Of a stretch of 64,000 bases of DNA, positions 28,838 through 38,426 are shown piece by piece; the first letter of the stretch is position 1, and every line of letters begins with the position of its first letter. The position numbers were made by a program, and so were the translations under genes. Source of the DNA: Dehalococcoidia bacterium (GTDB lineage: Bacteria > Chloroflexota > Dehalococcoidia > UBA2979); the NCBI GenBank assembly GCA_965219085.1, contig OZ244720.1, forward strand, positions 1,984,001 through 2,048,000, written 5' to 3'. The notes beneath the pieces are model-generated. The model had not been told where the DNA came from. It saw only the letters and a list, made by a program, of their open reading frames with translations, and did not search any database.

Positions 28838-29467
28838 ATGAGCCAGCCCATCACCATCGGCGTCGGCGGCCCCGTCGGCTCCGGCACGTCGCTGCTCGTC
28901 GAGCGCATCGTCCCGCCGATGATCGAACGTGGCTTCTCGCCGGGCGTCGTGGCCAACGACGTCGTCACCGAGGAGGACGCACTGATCATCCGCCGCGGCC
29001 TCGATGGCATCCTCGACCCGGCGCGCATCGTCGGCGTCGCGACCGGCGCCTGTCCGCATCAGGCGGTGCGCGAGGACCCATCGCTCAATCTCGCCGCGAT
29101 CGAGCGTCTCGCGGAGGAGCACCCGGACATCGACCTCGTGTTCATCGAGAGCGGCGGCGACAACCTCACGCTGACCTTCAGCGCGCTGCTGGCGCGGCTC
29201 TCGATCTACGTGATGGATGTCGCCGGCGGCGACAAGACCCCTCGCAAGCGGGGGGCGGGCATGATCCAGTCGGACCTGCTGGTCATCAACAAGACCGATC
29301 TCGCGCCATACGTCGGGGTCGACGTCATGGAGCGCGACGCCGCGACGTACCGCAGCGGCCCGCTGCTGTTCACCGACTGCCGCCACGGCAGCGGTCTCGT
29401 CGAGGTCGCCGACTGGCTTGCCACTTCGATCAGCGCGCTCGCCGCTCCGGCTGCCGCCCCGGCGTGA
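28838..29467 (+). CDS. ureG: Urease accessory GTPase UreG, degenerate P-loop
   Basis: GGPVGSGTS (Walker A Lys missing), TGACPH, ESGGDNL, INKTDLAPYVG. Confidence 0.88.
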   Translation: MSQPITIGVGGPVGSGTSLLVERIVPPMIERGFSPGVVANDVVTEEDALIIRRGLDGILDPARIVGVATGACPHQAVREDPSLNLAAIERLAEEHPDIDLVFIESGGDNLTLTFSALLARLSIYVMDVAGGDKTPRKRGAGMIQSDLLVINKTDLAPYVGVDVMERDAATYRSGPLLFTDCRHGSGLVEVADWLATSISALAAPAAAPA

Positions 29468-29477
29468 CGCGCGCCTG

Positions 29478-30271
29478 ATGCCCGTCCGCAGCCGGCTGGT
29501 CGCGCGCTTCGCTCCGTCGCCGGGTGGAGCGCCCCGCGCGGTGCGCGCCGACGTTGCGGCGACCACCCCGCTCGAGCTGCGCGGCCCCTTCCCCGCCTCG
29601 ATCCCCGGTACGCCCCGCGCTACCTCTTGCTCAACGTCACCGCCGGCATCCTCGACGGCGACGACTACGCGATCGAGGTCTGCGCGGCGCCGGGCACGCG
29701 AGTCGGCGTGGAGCCCACATTCGCCGCGAAGGTGTTCCGCTCACGCGGCGGCGGCGCGGCCTTGCGCACGCGCATCGAGGTCATGCCGGGCGCGGAGCTC
29801 CGCTACGACTCGGGCCTGCTGATCCCGCATGCGGGAGCGGTCCTCCGTCAGCAAACCGAGATCGTGCTGCACGAATCGGCGCGGGCAAGCTGGAGCGAGT
29901 CGCTGTCGTTCGGCCGCCTCTCGCACGACGAGCGGTTCCAGTTCAAGCGGATCGAGAACGAGCTGCGAGTCGTCGATCCCGCGGGGCGTGTGCGCTACGA
30001 GCGCCGCTCCGACCTCGTCCCGCAACGCGACCGTGCCGCCCTCGAATCAGCCGTCGGCTGCTTCGGCGCGGTCGGCTCGATGGTCCTGCTGGGCAGGCAG
30101 CCCGGCGAGGAGCCCGAACTCCCCGATCTCTCCGCGCTGCCCGGCGTCTACGCCGGTGCGACGACACTTCCCGACGACCTCGGCACGATCGTCCACGTGC
30201 TCGCTGAGTGGCCCGAGCAGATCGAGGCGGTATTCAGCCTCGCGCGAGCGGCGCGGTGCGCGCAGGTATGA
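29478..30271 (+). pseudogene. ureD: Urease accessory protein UreD, frameshift ~29605
   Basis: PLELRGPF, YLLNVTAGILDGD, AAKVFR, FGRLSHDERFQF. Confidence 0.8.
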
Positions 30272-30622
30272 GCGTCGCTGCCCCTCGAGGACCGGGTAGT
30301 GACTCCATCAGGAGACGGCGCTGCGGCCGCGGGCCGAGACTCACAACTCGGACACTGGTATCCGGCCCTCTGGAACCCTTCTGGACCCGGCCGCCATCCA
30401 ACACCGCCCTGCATGGGGTAGATGTCCCGCGGCAGCAGGTCTCCAGGCAGAGGATGACACCGGCGCGATTATCTCCCCGCCGCGCTTGCTTCCAGTTGCT
30501 ACTGATCCAGGCGGGCGGATGCTGTTCAGCGCTGGATGAGTTGCTGAGCCGATCGGCCACGCCCCAGGCGATTTCGCTACCGAGGCTCGCGGTTCCGCCT
30601 TGGGCCGTGCGAGGATCGCCGT

Positions 30623-31453
30623 ATGCCACTCGTCGGAGGCAAGGAGCTGCTCGATCGCGCCGAGCGCGGCGGCTACGCCGTAGCCGGGTTCAACGTCTCC
30701 AACATCGAGCTCGCCCTCGGCGTCATTGACGCCGCCGAGGCGCGGCGCGCGCCGATCCTGCTCCAGTTCAACCCCTCCAACATCGAGCACTTTGGGGGGA
30801 TCGAGGTCGCCGCGGCAACGGCCCGTGCCCTCGCCCGGCGCGCCGAGGCACCGATCGCGGTCCACCTCGACCACGGCCCCGACATCACGCTGCTGCGCGC
30901 GGCGGGCCACGCCGGCTTTACCTCGCTCATGTTCGACGGGTCGACCACGCCCATCGACCGCAATATCACCGACACGCGCGCTGCGGGCGCGCTCGCCATC
31001 GAGTACGGCGTGGCGCTCGAAGCCGAGCTCGGCCACGTCGGCGGCCGCGAACCCGGTGTCGTCAGCTCCGAGTCGATCCTGACCGACCCGACCGCGGCCC
31101 GCCGCTTCGTCGACGAGACACAGGTCGACTCGCTCGCGATCTCGGTCGGCACCGCGCACGGGCTCGCCGGCATCGTCGACGTGGCGCTCGTGCGCGAGCT
31201 GCGCGCGGCGACGCGCGGGTTGCCGCTCGTGCTGCACGGCGGCTCCGGCGTCGCGCCCAACGCGCTGCGCGACTGCGTGCGAGCAGGGGTGCGCAAGCTC
31301 AACGTCAGCACCGAGATCCATGCGGCCTTCGCACAGGCAGTCGCGGGCGCCGGCGGCTCCGACCCACGCCCGGCGCTGCGCGCCGCCCGCAATGCAGTGG
31401 CCGCCGCCGCGTCGCTCCGCATCGACGCGCTCGGCTCGGCGCTGCGCGGCTGA
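30623..31453 (+). CDS. Class II fructose/tagatose-bisphosphate aldolase
   Basis: AVHLDHG, MFDGS, EAELGHVGG, GTAHG, LVLHGGSG, KLNVST. Confidence 0.92.
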   Translation: MPLVGGKELLDRAERGGYAVAGFNVSNIELALGVIDAAEARRAPILLQFNPSNIEHFGGIEVAAATARALARRAEAPIAVHLDHGPDITLLRAAGHAGFTSLMFDGSTTPIDRNITDTRAAGALAIEYGVALEAELGHVGGREPGVVSSESILTDPTAARRFVDETQVDSLAISVGTAHGLAGIVDVALVRELRAATRGLPLVLHGGSGVAPNALRDCVRAGVRKLNVSTEIHAAFAQAVAGAGGSDPRPALRAARNAVAAAASLRIDALGSALRG

Positions 31454-31514
31454 GGCTTGCCCGTCGCCGCTGCCGCGGGTTTCGGCGCCGGGGTGCGCGG
31501 CTATACTCGACGGG

Positions 31515-32318
31515 ATGGCCAGCTCGTACCGACCCCAGCGCGGCTTTGCCGACGCATCGGAACGCGATCGCGCCGCCGGGGTCCCCCCGGCGGCCCGACG
31601 CCTCGTTCCGCCCATCTACGACCTCTCCCATGTCGGGCTCGAGGACGTCGACCCCTGGATCCCGCGCCCCGAAGACCGCGCGGCCGGCCGCCCATCGGTC
31701 GCTGCCGCGATCTGGCCGTGGGGACTGCGCGGGCTCGCCGACACCCTCGAGGTGGTCGCGCTCGCGCTGCTCATGTTCATCCTCGTGCGCGGAGTCGCGC
31801 AGAACTTCGTTGTCGACGGCGGCTCGATGGAGCCCACGTTCAGCAGCGGCCAGATGCTGATCGTCAACAAGCTGGCCTACTCCGAGTTCGACCTTGCCTG
31901 GCTGCCGGCCGTCGGCTCCGACGATTGGCGTCCCTTCGGCGCGCTCGAGATCGGTGACGTGATCGTCTTCGAGTTCCCCGCACGGCCAGGACCGCGACTT
32001 CATCAAGCGTGTCGTGGCGCTGCCCGGCCAGACCGTCGAGGTGCGCGACGCGTTGGTGCTGGTCGACGGGGTCGCGCTGGTGGAGCCGTACCTCAGCGAC
32101 CTCGCCCGTTACGCGTACGGCCCGGAGACCGTGCCGCCCGGCCACGTCTTCGTACTGGGCGACGCGCGCAACAACTCCTACGACTCGCACTCCTGGGGGA
32201 TGCTCGACCAGGCGTTCATCATCGGCCGCGTCGAGCTGCGCTACTGGCCGGTGGACCGCGCCGGCATGGTGGGCGGCGAGACGCCCTCGACCGAGGGGGG
32301 CGGGCAGGGAGACGATGA
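31515..32318 (+). CDS. lepB: Signal peptidase I (apparent homopolymer frameshifts ~31977 and ~32296)
   Basis: GGSMEPT (Ser), DFIKRVVALPG (Lys), FVLGDARNNSYDS; removing one C and adding one G restores one ORF ending in an ATGA overlap with pyrE. Confidence 0.85.
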   Translation: MASSYRPQRGFADASERDRAAGVPPAARRLVPPIYDLSHVGLEDVDPWIPRPEDRAAGRPSVAAAIWPWGLRGLADTLEVVALALLMFILVRGVAQNFVVDGGSMEPTFSSGQMLIVNKLAYSEFDLAWLPAVGSDDWRPFGALEIGDVIVFEFPARPGPRLHQACRGAARPDRRGARRVGAGRRGRAGGAVPQRPRPLRVRPGDRAARPRLRTGRRAQQLLRLALLGDARPGVHHRPRRAALLAGGPRRHGGRRDALDRGGRAGRR

Positions 32319-32912
32319 CCGCCGTGAACGACACGCCGAACCCGTCCGTGCTCGATGCCGTGCGCGAGACCGGCGCGCTCCTCGAGGGCCACTTCCAGCT
32401 CGCCTCCGGCGTGCATTCGGACCGCTACCTGGAGAAGTTCAACCTGCTCCAGTGGCCCGGCCATACCGAGGACGCCTGCCGGGCGCTCGCCGAGGCCGGC
32501 GCGCCCGCTCGCACCGAGCACCATCGTCGGCCCGACCACGGGCGGCGTGATCATCGCGTACGAGGTGGCGCGCCAGCTCGGCCTGCGCGGGATCATCGCC
32601 GAACGCAACGCGGACGGCCCCGGACGCCGTATCCAGCGCGACTTCCGCCTCGAGTCCGGCGAGCGGGTGCTGGTCGTCGACGATGTGCTGACGAGTGGCG
32701 GGTCGGTGTTTCGCGACACGATCGAGGCGGTCCGCATCGCCGGCGGCGATCCGATCGCCGTCGGCGTGCTCGTCGACCGCTCGGCAGGCCGCGTCGCGTT
32801 CGAAGGACTACCCCTGTACGCCTCGATGGTGCTCGACCTCGACACGTACCAGCCGGACGACTGCCCGCTGTGCCGCGACGGCCACCTCACCGTGCCGCTG
32901 ACAGTGACGTAG
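32315..32912 (+). CDS. pyrE: Orotate phosphoribosyltransferase (frameshift ~32498)
   Basis: ALLEGHFQLASGVHSDRY, VGPTTGG, VLVVDDVLTSGGS, CPLC. Confidence 0.9.
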
Positions 32913-33024
32913 CGGCCTCGATTCCCTCGACGCCGGGCAACGCAAAGCCGCTGCCGTATTGGCAGCGGCTTCGTCGGTGATGACCCCGGCTGCAGCCGGG
33001 GCGGGTTGCCGATGTACCCTGGCT

Positions 33025-33702
33025 CTAGATCCCCATGAACTCGCTTTGCGCGCTCAGCATCATCACGTCGATCTTCGCCTGGAACTCGTCCACGTCCAGG
33101 CTCATGATCAGCAGGTCGTGCAGGACCGAGTCGCGGTCCATGACCTGGTTGCGCAGGCGCGCCTCGCGCTGGAACCCCATGCGCGTGAACACCTTGATGG
33201 CGGCGCCTTGGTCCGTGGTCATCTGCGCGAGCATCTTCTTCACGTCGCGCTCGCGCGCGATCACGAATGCCTGCTCGACCAGCAGCCGTCCGAGCCGCTT
33301 CGTGCGCATCGACGAGTCGACGAGTACGCGCAGTTCGGCGATGTGCCGGGTCCAGCTCATGCGGTCCGAGTTGACGCCGGCGTAACCGACGATCTCGTCT
33401 TCGTGCGTCGCGACGATGGTGGTGTTGAAGCCGTCCTCGATGTCCTGCAGCCAGGCGTCGACCACGAGCGGCTGCGTGATGTCGCGGCGCAGGAACAACA
33501 GGTCGTGCACGGGTTGGGCCCGCGCGAACGTGACCATCGCGTCCCTGTCGGCGCGCTCGAACAGCCGCAGCGTGATTTCGGTGCCGTCGAGGTTGAGAAC
33601 GGCCGGGTATTCGAGCTTCTGTGCGGCCTGCGCGGCCGCCTGGTCAGCGACCTTCCAGCCGTGACCCCCCAACGCCCGACCTACCGACTGGAGCACTCCC
33701 AT
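33025..33702 (-). CDS. GNAT-family N-acetyltransferase
   Basis: HIAELRVLVD..RTKRLGRLL, AIKVFTRMGFQREA. Confidence 0.85.
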   Translation of the reverse strand: MGVLQSVGRALGGHGWKVADQAAAQAAQKLEYPAVLNLDGTEITLRLFERADRDAMVTFARAQPVHDLLFLRRDITQPLVVDAWLQDIEDGFNTTIVATHEDEIVGYAGVNSDRMSWTRHIAELRVLVDSSMRTKRLGRLLVEQAFVIARERDVKKMLAQMTTDQGAAIKVFTRMGFQREARLRNQVMDRDSVLHDLLIMSLDVDEFQAKIDVMMLSAQSEFMGI

Positions 33703-33899
33703 GATCGTCCTCCCTCGTCCCGAACCCAAGGGACCGAGGGGAACCCGGCCCCGATGGCGTCAAGTATGGTGCGCGCGGCAAGCCATCACAACTCTGACGC
33801 GCACGCGAGCATGCGCACGCTGGCGGACGGGGGACATCCCGCCGCGCCCCGCGGATCCCGGTACCCTAGCCTCCGCACACCTCGAGGGAGGCATGCGCC

Positions 33900-35091
33900 G
33901 TGGAGTGGTGGCCGGTCGCGGGCGGCGAGACGTGGGCGTGGGCGTGGCGCGCCTACCCCGGTGTCTGGCTCTTCATCGCAGCGCTCGGCGCCGCCTACGT
34001 ACTGCTCCTGCGAGCCGAGTCCCGGGGCGCGCGGCGGCGCGGCGAAGCGGGCGTCGAGGCCTGGCGCATCGGCCTGTTCGCCGGCGGGCTCGTGCTGCTG
34101 TGGGTCTCGCTCGACTGGCCGCTGGGCGCCATGGCCGCTGGCTACCTCGCGACCGCGAACGCCGCGCAGGACCTGCTCGTCACGCTCGGCGCCGCGCCGC
34201 TGATGCTGCTCGGCCTGCCGCCGTCGAGGGACCGGCAGCGGCAGCCCGCGAGCTTACTGGTGCGCGCGCGAGGGATGCTCGGCCAGCCGATCATCGCGGC
34301 AGCGGTGTTCGGTGTGGTGCTGATGGTCACGCACCTGCCGGACGTCGTCGACGCGCTGCGGCCGCACGCGGTGGGGTCGTTCGCGATCACATCGGCGTGG
34401 CTGCTCTCGGCGGTCGTGCTGTGGACGCCGCTGGCGGGGCCGCTCGCGGGGCGGCACCGCCTGCCGTACTTCGGCGCGCTCCTGTACCTCGATCGTGCCG
34501 TTCGTCTTCCCGAAGATCGCCGGCGCGTTCTTCGTCTTCGCCGACAGGCCGCTGTACGAGGTCTATACCTCCGCCCCTCGCGTCTTCGACGACGTCTCGG
34601 CTATGCAGGACCAGCACGTCGCGGGCTTCGTGCTGTGGGTGATCGGCAGCCTCATGGTCGTCGCCGCGCTCGGCGCGCTGTTCCGCCGCTGGTACACCGA
34701 GGACCGTCGCATGGCCGCGCCGCCGAGCCTCGAGATCCCCGCCGACCCGCGTGCCGTCGACCTGCTGTTCGAGGTGCAAGGTGGCTGGGCCGCGCTCGAG
34801 CAGCTCGTCGCGAGCGTTGAGCAGGCGCTGCCCCGCGACCGCACCGGCACCGCGCTGGCGTTCGGCTACCGCGCGCGCGCCGAGGATGCAGCGGGTGACG
34901 ACGATGTCCCACCGACGCAGGTCATACTCGAACTGCACATCGCGCTCGGGGCGGCCGTGGAGGCGGGCGTCGCGCAGCGCATCGAGGCGGACTACGGGGA
35001 CTACCTGGGTCGCCAGCCGCGCCGCCGCCGTGATGCGATCGCGCGGGCGCTGGCGTTCCGCGTCGTCGGCTACGGCTCGCGCGTGACATAA
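33900..35091 (+). CDS. CtaG-like cytochrome c oxidase assembly protein with C-terminal extension (frameshift ~34491)
   Basis: LDWPLG, AQDLLV..AAPLMLLG, THLP, DQHVAGFVLW; one extra G joins ORFs 33900 and 34495. Confidence 0.72.
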
Positions 35092-35145
35092 CCCGTCGCA
35101 CCGGCGGGGCGGTGGTACGATCGGCGCCCGGACCAGGAGTGCGCG

Positions 35146-35415
35146 GTGCTCTACTTCCTCGCGATGGTGCTGCCCCCGCTTGCCGTGCTGTTCACGGGCC
35201 GCAAGACGGCGGCCATCCTCAACATCCCGCTCACGCTCGCGGGCTGGCTGCCCGGCGTGCTCCACGCCGTGCTCGTCGTCAACGAGCACAAGGCCGACCA
35301 GCGCGCTAGGCGCGACTTCTTCGCCGAGCTCCCGGCCCACATCGCCGAACGCCTGTCGGAACACGTGGACGAGGAAGAAGAAGACACCGAGCAGTACGAG
35401 GACGACGAGCAGTGA
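35146..35415 (+). CDS. YqaE/Pmp3-family small membrane protein with acidic tail
   Basis: YFLAMVLPPLAV..LNIPLTLAGWLPGVLHA. Confidence 0.85.
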   Translation: MLYFLAMVLPPLAVLFTGRKTAAILNIPLTLAGWLPGVLHAVLVVNEHKADQRARRDFFAELPAHIAERLSEHVDEEEEDTEQYEDDEQ

Positions 35416-35789
35416 GAGCGATGGACGGCCCGTAGCCCTCGCCACGGTCGGCGACCAGGTACACGCCCCGGCCTCGGACAGCGGGGCCGAGCCCCCTCGG
35501 CCCCGCGGTCCACCAGGGGTCGAGACGCGAGGCAACAGGGGCGTCCGCCCTCGCATCCGTGCACAGGGCCGCGCCGGGGGAGGCGCCGAGTGCACGTGCC
35601 CGGCGTGGTGTCCGCTCCGGACACACGCAGCGTGATCGCCGCGCGTTAACGGCTCGTTAGACGGCGTGCGCGTCTTCGCACGTTTTCTGGCCCCTCCTCG
35701 CCCGCCAACCGCTGCTCCCGGCTTGACAGGCCTTGCCCGTGCGGTCGAGGCTCCGGCGAGGCGCGATCCTGCGCGCGAGGAGGGGCCAG

Positions 35790-37061
35790 ATGACGATCTC
35801 GACCGGGCGAAGCTCGGCGCTCCCGACCACCACGGCCGACGGGCGGCCGTTGCCGCTTGCCGGCGTACGCGTCGTGGACTTCACGTGGATCGTCGCCGGG
35901 CCGCAGGCGACGCGGATCCTCGCCGACCTCGGCGCCGACGTGATCCGGGTGGAGAACGAGAGCCACCTTGACTCCCTGCGGATGGGCGGGGGCCGCCCCG
36001 CGGACGAACGGGCCCGCCACAACAGCTCCGGGCTGTTCAACAACCTCAACCGCAACAAGCGCAGCATGACCGTCAATCTCTTCCACCCGCGCGGACGCGA
36101 ACTCGTCGAGGAGCTCATCACGGGCGCCGACGTGGTCACGGAGAACTTCAGCCCCGGCGCCTTCGAGCGGATGGGCTTCGGCTGGGACCGCCTGCGTGAG
36201 CTCAACCCCAACATCATCTACATGTCGCTGTCCGGGTACGGACACTTCGGGCGCGACGCCTCGTTCGTGACGTGGGGGCCGACGGCACAGGCCATCTCCG
36301 GCCTCACGTACCTGTCCGGGCTGCCGGACCAGCCGCCGGCCGGCTGGGGCTACTCCTACCTCGACCACTCGGCCGGCTACTACGGCGCGATCGGCTTGCT
36401 GCTCGCCCTGCGCAAGCGTGCGCGCGAGGGCGGCCCGCTGCGCGTCGACCTCTCGCAGGCCGAGACGGGCATGGTGATGACCGGCGCGCAGATGCTCGAC
36501 GCGCAGGTGAACAACCGCCCCTCGCGTCGCTCCGGAAACTTGCTGCCGTACCCCGAGATCGCCCCGCACAACACCTACCGTTGCGCCGGCGACGACCGCT
36601 GGATCGCGCTCGCCGTCGAGACCGACGCCCACTGGGCCGCGCTCTGCGACGTGCTCGGCGCGGACGCGCTCGCCTCCGACCCACGCTTCGGCACGAACGG
36701 CGGCCGCGTCGAGGCCCGCGAGGAGCTGGACGCGGCCATCGACGCACTGACGCGGGGCTGGGACACGCGCGAGCTGATGTACGCGCTGCAGGCGCGCGGC
36801 GTCCCCGCGGGCGTGGCCCAGACCACCCAGGACAAGATGGAGCTCGACCCGCAGCTCGCCGCGCGCGGCTTCTACCCGCGCGCCGACCACCCCATCCTCG
36901 GCGAACACCGCTACGAGGCGCTCCCGTTCCTCCTCGAACGCTTCGGCTGGCAGGTGCGCCGCGGCGCGCCGCTGCTCAGCGAGCACAGCGACGAGGTGCT
37001 CGCCGAACTCGGCTGCGACGAGGACGAGATCGCGCGGCTGCACGAGGAGTTGGCGATATGA
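35790..37061 (+). CDS. Family III CoA-transferase, catalytic (BbsF-like) subunit
   Basis: LAGVRVVDFT..LADLGADVIRVE, NRNKRS, GYSYLDH with putative catalytic Asp. Confidence 0.92.
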   Translation: MTISTGRSSALPTTTADGRPLPLAGVRVVDFTWIVAGPQATRILADLGADVIRVENESHLDSLRMGGGRPADERARHNSSGLFNNLNRNKRSMTVNLFHPRGRELVEELITGADVVTENFSPGAFERMGFGWDRLRELNPNIIYMSLSGYGHFGRDASFVTWGPTAQAISGLTYLSGLPDQPPAGWGYSYLDHSAGYYGAIGLLLALRKRAREGGPLRVDLSQAETGMVMTGAQMLDAQVNNRPSRRSGNLLPYPEIAPHNTYRCAGDDRWIALAVETDAHWAALCDVLGADALASDPRFGTNGGRVEAREELDAAIDALTRGWDTRELMYALQARGVPAGVAQTTQDKMELDPQLAARGFYPRADHPILGEHRYEALPFLLERFGWQVRRGAPLLSEHSDEVLAELGCDEDEIARLHEELAI

Positions 37062-38317
37062 GTACCGGCGCCGAAGGACTCCGCATCATCGAGATCGGTG
37101 ACCTGGGCGAGGTCGCCGGGAAGCTGCTGGCCGACGCCGGCGCCGACGTGATCCGCGTCGAGCCGCCCGCCGGCGCGCCCGCGCGGCGTATTGGGCCGTT
37201 CCCGGGCGACCGCCCGGACACGAACAGCTCGCTGCACTGGGCGCACTTCAACACGAGCAAGCGCGGCATCACCCTCGACGTCCATACCGCCGACGGCCTC
37301 GCGCTGTGGTGGAAGCTCGTCGAGGGCGCCGATGCAGTCATCGACGCCGCCGGGCACGGCGTGCTCGATGCCGCGGGCGCCGGCTGGGAAGAGGCTGCGC
37401 GTCGCTGCGACGGCAAGCCGCTCGTGTGGTGCTCCGTGACGCCGTTCGGCCGCGAAGGGCCGTGGTCGGACTGGGCCTCGAACGACCTCGTGCAGGTCGC
37501 CCTCGGCGGGCCGATGATGAGCACCGGCTACGACGACCACGAGCTGCCGCCGATCCGCGGTGGGTACGACCACTCGCTGTGGATGGCCGGCGAATACGCG
37601 ACGATCGCCATCCTGGGCGCGACCGCGGGCTTCGAGGCCGGACTCGCCGACGGACCGGAGCTCGCCGACCTCTCGATCCACGAGTGCGTGAGCTGCACCG
37701 TCGAGGGGGCGTTCCCGAACTGGGAGTACGACGGCCGGCTGGTGCAGCGCCAGACCGGCCGGCACTCCTCGCCCGACCGCACACCCGAGTGGCAGTTCCC
37801 GAGCGCCGACGGGCAGTTCATGAACGTCATCGGCGGCGGGATGCCTCGCTCGGAGCAGGGGCTGGCCGACGTGCTCGACTGGATGGAGTCGCACGGCGCG
37901 GTCGAGGACCTGCGCGACCCGAAGTACCGCGACGCGATCCACTCGCCGCAGATGCCACCGAGCCCGGAGCGCCGCCACTTCTCGGAGGTGATCGAGCGCT
38001 TCATCGCCTCGCTCGACGCGCAGGACCTCTACCGGGGCGGGCAGGGCCTGCACCAGCCGTGGGCCGTGGTCCGCGCGCCCGAGGACAACCTCGACGACCC
38101 GCACTGGGCCGACCGCGGCACGTTCGCGGAGGTCGAGGTGCCCGGCCACCCCGAGCCCGTGCGCGTGCCGACCGCGCCATACCGCTTCGAGGGCGTGACG
38201 CGCCAGGTGCGCCGTCGCGCGCCGCTGCTCGCCGAACATAACCACGAGGTCTACGTCGGTGAACTCGGCCTCGATGACGCCGATATCCTGCGGCTGGCGC
38301 AGATCGGCGTGATCTAG
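37058..38317 (+). CDS. Family III CoA-transferase, BbsE-like partner subunit
   Basis: ATGA overlap; GKLLADAGADVIRVEPP, NTSKRG; no Asp at the catalytic position. Confidence 0.9.
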   Translation: MSTGAEGLRIIEIGDLGEVAGKLLADAGADVIRVEPPAGAPARRIGPFPGDRPDTNSSLHWAHFNTSKRGITLDVHTADGLALWWKLVEGADAVIDAAGHGVLDAAGAGWEEAARRCDGKPLVWCSVTPFGREGPWSDWASNDLVQVALGGPMMSTGYDDHELPPIRGGYDHSLWMAGEYATIAILGATAGFEAGLADGPELADLSIHECVSCTVEGAFPNWEYDGRLVQRQTGRHSSPDRTPEWQFPSADGQFMNVIGGGMPRSEQGLADVLDWMESHGAVEDLRDPKYRDAIHSPQMPPSPERRHFSEVIERFIASLDAQDLYRGGQGLHQPWAVVRAPEDNLDDPHWADRGTFAEVEVPGHPEPVRVPTAPYRFEGVTRQVRRRAPLLAEHNHEVYVGELGLDDADILRLAQIGVI

Positions 38318-38426
38318 CATTGACGGAACGTATGGCGACGCAGGGACTTCGGACTCCCCTGTCGACTGAGAGCGACCGTCACTGCGCCCATACCGGCGGT
38401 GGCTCTGGCGCGGCTGTGCCGCGCCG

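Noticed and set aside
28316-29467. Apparent UreF-UreG fusion (383 aa)
   Set aside because: Frameshift artefact; the ureF C-terminus (RFFAS-TAA, 28781) and ureG ATG with RBS are distinct.
30272-30622. Lower-GC spacer after ureD as a gene, RNA or att site
   Set aside because: No recognisable protein in any frame and no repeat matching the other end of the operon that I could find.
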